Shown: in pieces, positions 1-9,741 of the stretch
How the letters are laid out: each line of letters opens with the position of its first letter
Numbering within the stretch: the first letter of the stretch is position 1
NCBI GenBank assembly: GCA_022566895.1
Contig: JADFIA010000003.1
Span: 6,481 to 70,480, forward strand
Length of the DNA stretch: 64,000 nucleotides
Source: Pseudomonadota bacterium
GTDB taxonomy: Bacteria > Pseudomonadota > Alphaproteobacteria > Sphingomonadales > SMXR01
Direction: 5' to 3'
Notes under the pieces: model-generated
Told to the model about the DNA's origin: nothing
The model's database searches: none
What the model saw: only the letters and a program-made list of their open reading frames with translations
Program-made: the position numbers and the translations under genes

Positions 1-401
1 CCGCGTCAAGCGTACCCGCCAAGGCCAAAACTACGGCTTATGTCCGGGGCGCTGAAGCGGATCGTATGATACGTTATGGAGAGCTCATCATGCGGCTGGC
101 AAGGCTGGAAAGCCTCGAAGAAGGCGAGGCGGCAGGTGAGGGAGTAGTACGGTTCCTTGTCGAGAACACTAGCGTTACGCTGCGATTTGAAGGATTTGAT
201 GTTTCTGAGACGCATAGGGCGCGGCTCGAAAATAGCCTCGACCACTGGAACGAGGAAATCTCGATCCTGGAAGAGCGCTTATCCAACGAACAATTCCGCG
301 CCAAAGCCAAGCCCGAGGTCGTCGCCGATGCTGAAACCCGGCTCGAGAATGCGTTGGTCGTCAAAGCCAAGCTCGAAGCGGCGCTTGAGCAGATGGGTTA
401 A
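1..401 (+). CDS. valS: valyl-tRNA synthetase, C-terminal fragment (5' end outside window)
   Basis: Frame is open from the window edge. The coiled-coil tail '...ERLSNEQFRAKAKPEVVADAETRLENALVVKAKLEAALEQMG' is typical of the ValS C-terminus. TAA at 399-401. Confidence 0.65.
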   Translation, partial: ASSVPAKAKTTAYVRGAEADRMIRYGELIMRLARLESLEEGEAAGEGVVRFLVENTSVTLRFEGFDVSETHRARLENSLDHWNEEISILEERLSNEQFRAKAKPEVVADAETRLENALVVKAKLEAALEQMG

Positions 402-1228
402 AACTTCACACACGCCATCTCGCTGGTCAGGCGCAGGGTGCCGGGCAGGGCCTCGTGGACCCTTTTCATCAGCCCGTCAAAGCCGCCGTAATCCTTCATC
501 CACGGCTGGTCCTTCAAGGGCAAGTGCATGGGGATGATATGTCCGGCCTCAAAACCCGCCTCGAGAGCCACTTGCTGTTGGTCGCCCATCAGGCTCCAGA
601 AGGGGGCCATTAGGTAATCCACTTCCAGACCATCGAGGCCGGCCTTCTCCAGCGCCTCGGCATCGGTGAACATATCGCCGGGGTGGAAAAAGCTCTGGCC
701 AGCCAGTTCGATATAGACGCCGATATTTTCGACCGGGCGACCGGCGCCGTGATCGATATAATAGGTGCGAAAGGAAATGCCCGCGACTTGGTAGGAATAG
801 GCGCCGCTCCGCGGCGGCATATGGTGGGTGATGCGTTGGCGATCGCTGTCCTTTAAGCCCTCTTTTTCAAGCAATTCAAACGCTTGCGGGGGAAGCACAT
901 AATGGGCATCGGGGTTGGCGGCCATGTGGCGGAGTGTCGCCGCAGCGTTGAAATGGTCGCCGTGATAGTGGCTGGCAATCACCAGTGCCACATTTTCAAA
1001 AGGTGCCAGGCCTTTTTCCATGGCCCTCTCGAGATTCTTTGAGGGCCGTGCATATCCCTCCAAACCTTCCGCCAACAGGGCATCGACGAGCACCGACTTT
1101 CCGCCGTTGGTAATCCAGAACCCGGCATTGGCGATATGGCAGATGCGGGCCTCGCCGCCAGTATCCGTTGCTACGGAGCTGAGGCCAAAAAGAATTGTGG
1201 CGAGGAATGCCAATACCGCCGGGCGCAT
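398..1228 (-). CDS. exported MBL-fold metallo-hydrolase
   Basis: HxHxDH motif 'SHYHGDHFN'. Signal-like N-terminus 'MRPAVLAFLATILFGLSSVA'. GGAGA RBS lies ahead of the ATG at 1228; the track ORF extends to 1267. Confidence 0.75.
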   Translation of the reverse strand: MRPAVLAFLATILFGLSSVATDTGGEARICHIANAGFWITNGGKSVLVDALLAEGLEGYARPSKNLERAMEKGLAPFENVALVIASHYHGDHFNAAATLRHMAANPDAHYVLPPQAFELLEKEGLKDSDRQRITHHMPPRSGAYSYQVAGISFRTYYIDHGAGRPVENIGVYIELAGQSFFHPGDMFTDAEALEKAGLDGLEVDYLMAPFWSLMGDQQQVALEAGFEAGHIIPMHLPLKDQPWMKDYGGFDGLMKRVHEALPGTLRLTSEMACVKF

Positions 1229-1340
1229 AAAAGGTCTCCTTGCCTTCTCGAAATTTCTCGGGTCCACTGTAGCCGTCGCCGCCTAGAGACAGAAATCAAT
1301 TAGTGGCGACGGTCGCCTCTGCGGATCCGGGAAGCACGCC

Positions 1341-1751
1341 ATGACCGATCTGGGATTTACGCATATCGCGCTCGAAGTGAGCGACATGGCCCGCTCGCTC
1401 GATTTCTATGAACGCTTCGCCGCACTCTCGGTGGTCCATCGCCGGCCGCGGGCCGACCACAGCCAGGAGGTGGTGTGGCTGGCCGACGGCCTGCGGCCCT
1501 TTGTGCTGGTGCTGATCGAGACCGATCGGGTGGATACACCGCTCAAACCGATGGCCCATCTGGGCATTGCGGTCGAAAGCACGGCCGAAGTCGCCCGCCT
1601 GGCTGATCTGGCCCGCGAGGCGGGAATTCTAGCGCGCGAGCCCGAGGATTCGGGACCGCCAGTGGGCTATTGGGCGCTTTTGAGCGACCCGGACGGCCAT
1701 ACGCTGGAGATTGCCTTTGGTCAGGACGTGAGCGGCGCCACGGTTATCTGA
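1341..1751 (+). CDS. VOC (glyoxalase/bleomycin-resistance/dioxygenase) family protein
   Basis: N-terminus 'FTHIALEVSDMARSLDFYERF' and C-terminus 'LSDPDGHTLEI' are typical VOC beta-alpha-beta-beta-beta modules. Confidence 0.75.
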   Translation: MTDLGFTHIALEVSDMARSLDFYERFAALSVVHRRPRADHSQEVVWLADGLRPFVLVLIETDRVDTPLKPMAHLGIAVESTAEVARLADLAREAGILAREPEDSGPPVGYWALLSDPDGHTLEIAFGQDVSGATVI

Positions 1752-2562
1752 GGTTGGCCAAGCAGCCGGCGCCACCCTCAAACTGGACCATGTTCGGGCG
1801 GATCTTATCGATCGCCGCCTGCAGTCCCTCGAAGCCGCCAAATCGGGTCAAATATTGCTTGTCGGCGTCCGGCCGCGGCAGGTGAATGGGGATGACCGTT
1901 TCGGCTTTCAAAACGCCATCGAGCCCCTTGGCCCTTTCCTCATAAAGATAATACCAGAACGGCACCAGCGCCACGTCGACCGGATGGTCGGCGACGCCGG
2001 CCGCTTCGAGCTCGGCGCGACTGGCCATGGTATCGCCCAGGTGAAAGATGGTCTTGCCGTCAAGCTCGAACAGGAAGCCGAGGTTTTGGGTCTCATTGCT
2101 GGCCCCATGGTTCAAATTGAACACCAAAACATCGATCCCACTGGCCCGGATGGCGACCGGCTCCACGCTCGGCGGCACCGAATGGCGTCGGGCGACCGGG
2201 ATCTCGCCGGCCACCGCTTGGACGACTTCCAGGGTTGAGATCAGCCGGGCCTGCGGATTATTCGCGAAATGGCGGATGACCGCCGCGGCGTTGAAATGAT
2301 CCTTGTGGCTGTGGGTCACCAGCACCAGATCGAGCCGGTCGAACTCGCCCTCCGCCGTCTCGATACGCTGGCGCAAATCGGCCGCCAAGATGACGTCTTC
2401 CGGATATCCCTCGCGGTAAAGTCCATCGATCAGGACCCGCTTGTTTTGAGAACTGATCCGTACCGCCTCGTTTCCCAAAACGCAGACCGACACGGCGCCG
2501 GCACCGCCTGGCCACAACAGGGCGAGGGTTAGCAAAACCGAAAGCAGGAACCGGCTGGTCAC
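1744..2562 (-). CDS. exported MBL-fold metallo-hydrolase (paralogue of 398-1228)
   Basis: 'THSHKDHFN' motif and signal peptide 'LLSVLLTLALLWPGGAGA'. Shares the C-terminal 'GGF.GL...' ending with the first MBL. Confidence 0.75.
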   Translation of the reverse strand: MTSRFLLSVLLTLALLWPGGAGAVSVCVLGNEAVRISSQNKRVLIDGLYREGYPEDVILAADLRQRIETAEGEFDRLDLVLVTHSHKDHFNAAAVIRHFANNPQARLISTLEVVQAVAGEIPVARRHSVPPSVEPVAIRASGIDVLVFNLNHGASNETQNLGFLFELDGKTIFHLGDTMASRAELEAAGVADHPVDVALVPFWYYLYEERAKGLDGVLKAETVIPIHLPRPDADKQYLTRFGGFEGLQAAIDKIRPNMVQFEGGAGCLANLR

Positions 2563-2966
2563 CGCGCCTTTCCCTGCTCGTATTTGGGCAGATCATTGTC
2601 GAAGTTGATCCACGGCAAACGGCCCGACGTCCACAAATGATAGCCCCGCTCGAGGCCGTCCGCTTCATCAAGCGAGCCGACCGAGACGAAACTCCAATCG
2701 GGACGCGCCGTGTACTGGAAACAGAGCTGAGTTCCGCATCGGGGGCAAAATCCGCGGCTGGCCTGCTCGCTCGAGTGAAACAGGGGCGGCTCGTCGCGCT
2801 CCCAGGCGAAGTTCTCGCTGGCCGTACCGGTCCAGCTCAGAATCGCAGCACCCGAGGACTTGCGGCACATCGAGCAGTGGCAGTGAACGACCGGTAAAAG
2901 CGGGCCCTCGATCCGGTAACGGTAGCGGCCGCAAAGGCAGCCACCTTTATAGCTTTGCTCAGCCAT
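2559..2966 (-). CDS. GFA (glutathione-dependent formaldehyde-activating / CENP-V) family protein
   Basis: Cys-rich 'GGCLCGRYRY...VHCHCSMCRK...CPRCG'. GGAGG RBS and a TGATG junction with the xthA stop favour the ATG at 2966. Confidence 0.8.
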   Translation of the reverse strand: MAEQSYKGGCLCGRYRYRIEGPLLPVVHCHCSMCRKSSGAAILSWTGTASENFAWERDEPPLFHSSEQASRGFCPRCGTQLCFQYTARPDWSFVSVGSLDEADGLERGYHLWTSGRLPWINFDNDLPKYEQGKAR

Positions 2967-3739
2967 CAGACCTCCAACTTGCACCAGATCGGTGTGTGGT
3001 CGCTCGCCTTTTCCTTGGCCCGCTGTTGGCGCTCGACCTCGCAGGCCTGCAAACGGTCGAGCGCCTGGGGAGACAGCAGGAAATGATCGATCCGCAATCC
3101 ATTGTCCTTTTGCCAGGCGCCGCGCTGATAGTCCCAGAACGTATAGTCGTGCCCGGCCGGTTTGAGTTGGCGGAAAGCGTCCGTATAGCCCAGGAACTCG
3201 ATGCGCCGCAGCGCCGCCCGGGATTCCGGCTGCATGAGGGCATCATTGGCAAAGGCGGCGGGGTCGTAACAGTCTTCATCGCGAGGACAGACATTGAAGT
3301 CGCCGCAAAGCACGATCGGCATTTCGGATTTCAATAGCGTTTTGGCTTGTTCATGGAGACGCTCCATCCATTCGAGTTTGTAGGCAAATTTTTCGCCCCC
3401 CAACGGGTTTCCGTTCGGCAGATATATCGAAGCGATCCGCACCCCCTCGATGGTCGCCTCCAGGTATCGCGCCTGTTCGTCGCCGTCATCGCCCGGCAGG
3501 CCGGGCGCCACATCGACTGGTTCCGATTTCGACAGGATGGCCACACCATTGTAAGCCTTCTGACCGTGTACCGAGAGTTGGTATCCGAGGCTCTGAAACT
3601 CTATCGCCGGAAAAACATCGTTTGTGCACTTAATCTCCTGGAGACAGACGACGTCGGGCTGGCTGTCCTCGAGCCACTCGAGAACCCGGGGCAGGCGGGC
3701 GCGGATCGAATTGACGTTAAAGGTGGCGATTTTCACCAA
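2966..3739 (-). CDS. xthA: exodeoxyribonuclease III
   Basis: 'MVKIATFNVNSIRARL...DVVCLQEIK ... DHTPIW' gives a full-length ExoIII/AP-endonuclease signature. Confidence 0.9.
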   Translation of the reverse strand: MVKIATFNVNSIRARLPRVLEWLEDSQPDVVCLQEIKCTNDVFPAIEFQSLGYQLSVHGQKAYNGVAILSKSEPVDVAPGLPGDDGDEQARYLEATIEGVRIASIYLPNGNPLGGEKFAYKLEWMERLHEQAKTLLKSEMPIVLCGDFNVCPRDEDCYDPAAFANDALMQPESRAALRRIEFLGYTDAFRQLKPAGHDYTFWDYQRGAWQKDNGLRIDHFLLSPQALDRLQACEVERQQRAKEKASDHTPIWCKLEV

Positions 3740-3829
3740 TCGTGCTCCCGGCTCACGCAGTCAAGAAAGCTGCAGCAATCGTAGCCGGAATTGGGAAAAT
3801 GAAAAGGGCTCGCTGTAACTCAAAGGCGA

Positions 3830-4189
3830 TCAGGAGGCCAGCGTGAAGGAAGATCCGCAGCCGCAGGCCGCCTGGACGTTGGGATTTGTAACCCGGAAAG
3901 ACGAGCCGATGATGTCTTCGACAAAGTCCAATTCCGCCCCGGTCAGGTACAACAGCGACATCGGATCGACAACCACCTTGGCGCCGTCCCGCTCGACCAG
4001 AATATCACCTTCCTCGGGCGTCTCGACAAAGGCGAAATCATATTGAAAGCCCGAGCAGCCGCCGCCCTTGACTGAAAGCCTGAGCTTCAGATTCTGGTTA
4101 CCTTGCTTGATCACCAGCTCCGAAATCCGCCGGGCGGCGTTTTCGGAGACCGAAATCGGGTCTTTTGTTTGGGCTTCAGGCAATTTCAA
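3830..4189 (-). CDS. erpA: HesB/IscA-family iron-sulfur cluster insertion protein
   Basis: 'GGGCSGFQY' and the C-terminal 'CGCGSSF' motifs. Confidence 0.85.
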   Translation of the reverse strand: MKLPEAQTKDPISVSENAARRISELVIKQGNQNLKLRLSVKGGGCSGFQYDFAFVETPEEGDILVERDGAKVVVDPMSLLYLTGAELDFVEDIIGSSFRVTNPNVQAACGCGSSFTLAS

Positions 4190-4301
4190 TGCTCCAACGG
4201 TTGCCTCTTGGGTCTAGGCTTGACAATGTAGGAAACAGAAACCAGAAGTCAATTCCTTTGATGCCCGGGGTGGAACGGAAAAAAAGAGCGGAAATCGAGC
4301 C

Positions 4302-5498
4302 ATGGCCGGATATGAGCGGCATTTGGAGCCATTTGCGACCAAGAGCGCGGCCAGTCGCGGCCGTCTCCATGCGGAGCCGGAGGATCCCGATCGAAGTCAT
4401 TTCCAACGCGACAGGGACCGCGTCATTCATTGCGCCACGTTTCGCCGCCTGAAACATAAGACCCAGGTTTTTGTATTTCATGAGGGGGACTATTACCGGA
4501 CTCGTCTTACCCATTCGATAGAGGTCTCCCAGATCGCCCGCAGCATTTGCCGGGCCCTCGGGATCAATGACGATCTTGCTGAAGCCCTGGCCCTGGCCCA
4601 CGACTTTGGGCATACACCCTTCGGTCACGCCGGCGAGGAAGCCCTCAATACGGCCATGGAGCCCTTCGGCGGGTTTGACCATAACGCCCAGGCGATCCGC
4701 CTGGTGACCAAGCTCGAGCGCCGCTACGCCAATTTCGAGGGCCTTAATCTGACCTGGGAGACGCTTGAAGGTCTGGCCAAACACAATGGGCCGCTTCACA
4801 AAGCAGCGATCGACCCAGCCGATCCACCCAAATCCATCCCCTGGGGGATCCGCGAATATCTGCCATTGCAGGACCTTGAAGTTCATACCTTCGCGGGCCC
4901 AGAAGCGCAGGTGGCAGCGCTTTCGGATGATATTGCCTATAACAATCACGATATCGACGATGGTCTTCGGGCCAACCTGTTTTCGACCGAAGCCATCGCC
5001 CAGGTGCCGCTGGTCGGGCGGGTCATGGCCGATGTCAGATCGCTCCACGGCGATCTTGATGCCAATATTTTCATCCATGAAGTCGGGCGCCGTCTGATCA
5101 ATCGAATGGTTGTCGATGTCCTCGATCAATCGCGCGAGCGCCTCGGAGATCTTGCGCCGGCTTCGTGTGAAGCCATACGGGCGGCCGCCGACCCGGTTAT
5201 CGCATTTTCGGAATCGATGGATTCCGAGCTCAGCGAATTGCGGTCATTCCTCAATCTGAATATGTATCAGCATGAGCGGGTTGACAGCATGAGCCGCAAG
5301 GGGAAAAGGGTGGTCAGCGATCTTTTCAACCTGTATATCGAGGAGCCGGAAAAGATGCCCCGGGAGTGGGTGGATTTGGTTGGCACTCCGGGCAGCTCAC
5401 GGACGGCTCGTGTGGCGGCCGATTTTGTGGCCGGAATGACCGACCGGTATGCCCTCCTGGAGCACGAAAAACTGTTTGTCGATAGCGAAATATCATGA
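4302..5498 (+). CDS. dgt: dGTP triphosphohydrolase-like HD-domain protein
   Basis: '[24 protein letters not shown]', '[11 protein letters not shown]' and '[10 protein letters not shown]' HD motifs. Confidence 0.9.
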   Translation: MAGYERHLEPFATKSAASRGRLHAEPEDPDRSHFQRDRDRVIHCATFRRLKHKTQVFVFHEGDYYRTRLTHSIEVSQIARSICRALGINDDLAEALALAHDFGHTPFGHAGEEALNTAMEPFGGFDHNAQAIRLVTKLERRYANFEGLNLTWETLEGLAKHNGPLHKAAIDPADPPKSIPWGIREYLPLQDLEVHTFAGPEAQVAALSDDIAYNNHDIDDGLRANLFSTEAIAQVPLVGRVMADVRSLHGDLDANIFIHEVGRRLINRMVVDVLDQSRERLGDLAPASCEAIRAAADPVIAFSESMDSELSELRSFLNLNMYQHERVDSMSRKGKRVVSDLFNLYIEEPEKMPREWVDLVGTPGSSRTARVAADFVAGMTDRYALLEHEKLFVDSEIS

Positions 5499-7249
5499 AT
5501 ATTTTCAACCGGTTCCGAGACGAACTTAAGAAAATAGTGGAAGATATGATTAAGGCCGGAACGTTGCCCGCGGAGGCCCGCGAAGCGGTGATTTCGCTGG
5601 AGCCGCCGCGCGATCCAAAACACGGTGATTTGTCGACCAACGCGGCCCTTGTATTGGCAAAATCGGCGGGCTCGGAACCGCGCGATTTGGCGGCACAGAT
5701 TGCCCGGCGGCTGGCCGCCCTAAAGCATGTTGATTCGGCCGTGACCGCCGGACCGGGATTTATCAATCTGCGGGTCGGCGACGCGTTCTGGCAGGCCCGA
5801 ATCAAAGATATCCTCAAAGCCGGGTCGCGCTATGGGGATTCCAAGCTCGGCGCCGGCCAAAAGGTCAACGTCGAATATGTGTCCGCCAATCCCACCGGGC
5901 CGATGCATGTCGGGCATGTGCGTGGGGCGGTGTTCGGAGATGCGCTTGCCAACTTGTTGTCCAAGGTCGGCTACAAAGTCACCAAGGAATATTACATCAA
6001 CGATGCCGGAGCCCAAATCGATAACCTGGCCCGTTCGGTCTACATGCGTTATTGCGAAGCTCTCGGGCGGCAGATCGGCAAAATGCCCGAGGATTTTTAT
6101 CCCGGGGACTATCTGGTCCCGGTCGGGCGGCAGTTGGCGGACGAGTTGGGCGACCTACATCTTGACCAGCCGGAGGAGGTCTGGCTCGAGCTGTTCCGCC
6201 ACAGAACCAGCACCGCGATGATGGAGATCATCAAGGGTGATCTTGCGGTGCTCGGTATCGAGCATGAGGTCTTTTTCTCTGAACGCCAACTGGTTGCCTC
6301 GGGTCGCATTGAAGAAACCCTGGAAACGTTGAAGAACAAAGGGCTTCTCTACGAAGGTGTGCTTGATCCTCCCAAGGGCCGCATGCCCGAAGACTGGGAG
6401 GCCCGGCCGCAGACACTGTTCCGTTCGACGAAATTCGGCGACGATGTGGACCGTCCCCTGCGCAAATCAGATGGTAGCTATACCTATTTCGCAGCCGACA
6501 TCGCCTATCACTACGACAAGCTCAAGCGCGGTTTTCTGATCCAGATCGACGTTCTGGGCGCCGATCACGGCGGTTACGTGAAGCGGATTGGAGCATCCTT
6601 GAAGGCCTTGTCCGATGGCAAGGCCGAGCTCGATGTGCGGCTTTGCCAGCTGGTGCGGCTCTATCAGGATGGCGAGCCGGTCAAAATGTCCAAGCGGGCC
6701 GGGACCTTCGTGACCTTGCGCGAGCTTGTGGAAAAGGTCGGACGCGACGTGGTGCGTTTTATCATGCTGACGCGAAAAAACGACGCACCGCTGGATTTCG
6801 ATTTTGCCAAGGTCACCGAGCAGTCCCGTGAAAATCCGGTGTTCTATGTGCAATATGCGCATGCGCGGGTTTGTTCGGTGCTTAAAAAAGCGGCTGCGGC
6901 GTTTCCCAAGATGAAGTTTAGGCACAGGTCACTGGCCAGGGCAGACATGTCGCTTCTGTCGAGCCCGGTTGAAATCTCCTTGATCCGCAAAATGACCGAA
7001 TGGCCGCGCCTCGTGGAAGCGGCAAGCCAGGCGCACGAGCCGCATCGGGTGGCCTTTTACCTCTACGATCTGGCCTCCGAATTTCATAGCCTGTGGAACC
7101 GCGGTAACGAGGAAACGGATTTGAGGTTCGTGATTGCCGGCAATCCGGAACTGACCCGCGCCAGGATGGCGATGATCGTCGCCGTCTCTCTTGTTATTGC
7201 CTCGGGGCTAGAGGTCCTGGGGGTCGAACCGGTTGAGGAAATGCACTGA
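5495..7249 (+). CDS. argS: arginyl-tRNA synthetase
   Basis: '[12 protein letters not shown]' (HIGH-type) and 'KMSKRAG' (KMSK) motifs. ATGA overlap with dgt. Confidence 0.95.
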   Translation: MNIFNRFRDELKKIVEDMIKAGTLPAEAREAVISLEPPRDPKHGDLSTNAALVLAKSAGSEPRDLAAQIARRLAALKHVDSAVTAGPGFINLRVGDAFWQARIKDILKAGSRYGDSKLGAGQKVNVEYVSANPTGPMHVGHVRGAVFGDALANLLSKVGYKVTKEYYINDAGAQIDNLARSVYMRYCEALGRQIGKMPEDFYPGDYLVPVGRQLADELGDLHLDQPEEVWLELFRHRTSTAMMEIIKGDLAVLGIEHEVFFSERQLVASGRIEETLETLKNKGLLYEGVLDPPKGRMPEDWEARPQTLFRSTKFGDDVDRPLRKSDGSYTYFAADIAYHYDKLKRGFLIQIDVLGADHGGYVKRIGASLKALSDGKAELDVRLCQLVRLYQDGEPVKMSKRAGTFVTLRELVEKVGRDVVRFIMLTRKNDAPLDFDFAKVTEQSRENPVFYVQYAHARVCSVLKKAAAAFPKMKFRHRSLARADMSLLSSPVEISLIRKMTEWPRLVEAASQAHEPHRVAFYLYDLASEFHSLWNRGNEETDLRFVIAGNPELTRARMAMIVAVSLVIASGLEVLGVEPVEEMH

Positions 7250-8019
7250 TGCAGGATCAAACTTCTAGACAAGGGGCCGACGACAGACAGGGTGGAAAGG
7301 CGGAAAACAGGATGCCTTGGCTTGAGTCTATCGACCAATCGCAGCTTCAAATCGAAGACGACTCGTTGCGCAGGACCTGGCTGATAGCCGGTGCGGCCAT
7401 TTTGGCCATGGTCCTTTTCAGCGGCCTGGTCTGGTATCTCTATGGCCGTGCATCCGGTGTCGGTCCCGATGCACCCTTTCTCGTCCAGGCACCGGCCGGA
7501 CCGACAAAGGTCGAGCCGGCGGAGCGCGGCGGTATGGAAGTCCCGCACCAGAAGCGCCTTGTTTTTGGCCGGGTCTCGGGCCAAGAAAAGCCGCTGGAAG
7601 AAAAAGTTATTGCGGGCCCTGAAGAACCGCTCGAGCGCCCTCAGCCGGTGCCGGAGCCGAAACCGCCGGCTACCGAGGCACCGAGCCCGAGCGAACCGGT
7701 TGTCACATCGCCTTCAATCGAAGTGGCGCCAAAGGCGGAACCCCGGCCGAGCCAAACTCCGGTCGCGCTGACCGGCTATTACCGGCTGCAGCTGGGGGCC
7801 TTTGGTCAGGAGGAGAGTGCCCGCACCAACTGGCGGGCCATGCAGAACCGGCATTCGACAGTGCTGGCGGCTTTGGATTTCGAGATTGAGCCAGTCAGCC
7901 TTGGCGCCCGAACCCTCTATCGCCTGCGGGCCGGATCCTTTGGATCCCGGGCTGAAGCAGAGCGCGCCTGCAGCCAATTAAAAGCGGCCGGTCAGGAATG
8001 CCACGTGGTGGTGCCTTGA
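7249..8019 (+). CDS. SPOR domain-containing membrane protein
   Basis: One TM segment, a Pro-rich linker, and a C-terminal SPOR repeat 'YYRLQLGAFGQEESA...YRLRAGSFGSRAEAERAC'. Confidence 0.7.
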   Translation: MQDQTSRQGADDRQGGKAENRMPWLESIDQSQLQIEDDSLRRTWLIAGAAILAMVLFSGLVWYLYGRASGVGPDAPFLVQAPAGPTKVEPAERGGMEVPHQKRLVFGRVSGQEKPLEEKVIAGPEEPLERPQPVPEPKPPATEAPSPSEPVVTSPSIEVAPKAEPRPSQTPVALTGYYRLQLGAFGQEESARTNWRAMQNRHSTVLAALDFEIEPVSLGARTLYRLRAGSFGSRAEAERACSQLKAAGQECHVVVP

Positions 8020-8020
8020 C

Positions 8021-9034
8021 GTGGGGCACCTTCGAAAGCCGGTCATTTTCGGTTGCAGCGGCCCGGCCCTGACACCCAATGAACGTGCGTTTTTCACCGC
8101 CCAGCAACCGGCCGGGTTTATTCTCTTTTCGCGAAATATCGAGACGCCGGCGCAGCTTGCCGTTCTGATCACGGAGCTCAAAGCGACGGCAAAAACCGGC
8201 CGGCCCGCGGTCCTGATCGATCAGGAAGGGGGCCGTGTCCGGAGATTGGGTCCACCGCATTGGCCGGACTTTCCGCCAATGGCGAGCTTTGGCCGGCAGT
8301 ACGGGAAATCGCCCGCTTACGCTCTGGCAGCCCTGCGGCTCAATCTTGCCAGGATTGCGCTAGAGCTGCGGCGCCTTGGCATCAACGTGGATTGCCTGCC
8401 GGTGCTCGATCTTCCTGTGCAGGGGGCCGACGAAATCATTGGCGACCGGGCCTTTTCTAAAGATCCGGCGGTAACGGCCGAACTCGGAAAGGCGACTGTC
8501 GAGGCGATGTTGGAGTTTGGATGCCTGCCGGTGATCAAGCATATTCCGGGCCACGGTCGGGCGCCGGCCGACAGCCATCAGGCCCTGCCGGTTGTCGAAG
8601 CATCATTGGCCGAATTGGCGGCCACGGATTTCAAACCCTTCGCGGCTTGTGCATCGGCGCCATTGGCGATGACTGCCCACGTTGCCTTTCTTGCGATCGA
8701 CGGCGAGCGGCCGGCCAGTCTCTCACAGAAGATTGTAAGCGAGATCATCCGTGGCCATATCGGATTCGAGGGGCTCCTGATCTCGGACGATATCGGCATG
8801 GGGGCGCTCGATGGCGATTTCGGCAGGCGAGCCGCGGCGGTACTCGGGGCGGGCACAGATCTGGTGCTGCATTGCGGTGGTGATCTCGAGGAGATGGAAG
8901 CGGTGGCCAATGCGGTGGCTGAACTCGACCGCCAGACCGCAACCCGTCTCGACGCTTGGCTCGAAGAAGCCGAAGGTCGACCATTGCCGGAACCGCAGGG
9001 GCTGGCAGACGTTTTGGCCGGATTGGAAGAGTAA
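8021..9034 (+). CDS. nagZ: beta-N-acetylhexosaminidase
   Basis: GH3 motifs 'IDQEGGRVRRL' and 'KHIPGHGRAPADSH...LISDDIGM'. GTG start beside the upstream stop. Confidence 0.85.
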   Translation: MGHLRKPVIFGCSGPALTPNERAFFTAQQPAGFILFSRNIETPAQLAVLITELKATAKTGRPAVLIDQEGGRVRRLGPPHWPDFPPMASFGRQYGKSPAYALAALRLNLARIALELRRLGINVDCLPVLDLPVQGADEIIGDRAFSKDPAVTAELGKATVEAMLEFGCLPVIKHIPGHGRAPADSHQALPVVEASLAELAATDFKPFAACASAPLAMTAHVAFLAIDGERPASLSQKIVSEIIRGHIGFEGLLISDDIGMGALDGDFGRRAAAVLGAGTDLVLHCGGDLEEMEAVANAVAELDRQTATRLDAWLEEAEGRPLPEPQGLADVLAGLEE

Positions 9035-9044
9035 GAGGAGTAAG

Positions 9045-9734
9045 ATGGACAGTATAACGAGTTTTTTCTGGGCGCTTCCCATCTGGGCGATCCCGGTTCT
9101 TCTGGCCATCACTTTACACGAGGCTGCCCACGGCTATGTCGCCCACTGGCTCGGCGACGATACGGCCAAACGGGCCGGCCGGTTGAGCTTTAACCCGATC
9201 GCCCATGTGGATCTATTCGGGACCGTGATCCTGCCGCTGCTGCTTCTTTATTTGGGCGGCTTTATTTTCGGCTATGCAAAGCCGGTTCCGGTGAACCCTA
9301 ATAATTTGCGCAAACCACGGCGCGACATGGTTCTGGTGGCCGCAGCCGGCCCCGGCGCCAATATCCTTCTGGCCATCGCCGGCGCCCTTCTGATGCCTCT
9401 CGCTTTGGTCCTGCCGGAGTTTCTGGGTAGCTGGCTGGGCAAGAACATTGCCAATCTTATTCTGCTGAACTGCCTCTTGGCGGTACTCAATATGTTGCCG
9501 CTGCCGCCGCTCGATGGCAGCAAGGTTGCTTACGGACTGTTGCCGCCGCACCTGGCCCGGCGATATGGGCGGATTGCGCCCTACGGGATTTTCATTCTGG
9601 TCGGAATCGTCTTTATTTTACCGATGCTGGGCCGGCCACTGGGTCTTGATCTCGATATCGGGCGTTACCTCATTTTCGAGCCCAGCTATGCCCTTGCCAA
9701 TTGGATATTGACCACCTTTGGGATCGGAGTATGA
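9045..9734 (+). CDS. site-2 protease (M50) family membrane metalloprotease
   Basis: 'LHEAAHGYVAHWLGD' HExxH motif within a TM segment, plus 'NLLPLPPLDG'-type 'MLPLPPLDGSKV'. The ATG at 9045 follows the nagZ stop; the track ORF start at 8811 overlaps nagZ. Confidence 0.75.
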   Translation: MDSITSFFWALPIWAIPVLLAITLHEAAHGYVAHWLGDDTAKRAGRLSFNPIAHVDLFGTVILPLLLLYLGGFIFGYAKPVPVNPNNLRKPRRDMVLVAAAGPGANILLAIAGALLMPLALVLPEFLGSWLGKNIANLILLNCLLAVLNMLPLPPLDGSKVAYGLLPPHLARRYGRIAPYGIFILVGIVFILPMLGRPLGLDLDIGRYLIFEPSYALANWILTTFGIGV

Positions 9735-9741
9735 CTGGGGT

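Noticed and set aside
4176-5129. Long ORFs antisense to well-supported genes: 4176-5129(-) opposite dgt, 11588-12313(-) opposite the ABC ATPase, 20289-20963(-) opposite glpX, 43774-44751(-) opposite dnaE2, 45766-46851(-) opposite the methyltransferase pair and 47643-48758(+) opposite qor.
   Set aside because: These are typical shadow ORFs of about 60% GC DNA. Their translations are Arg/Gly/Pro/Ala-rich with no recognisable motifs, while the opposite-strand products have clear family signatures.
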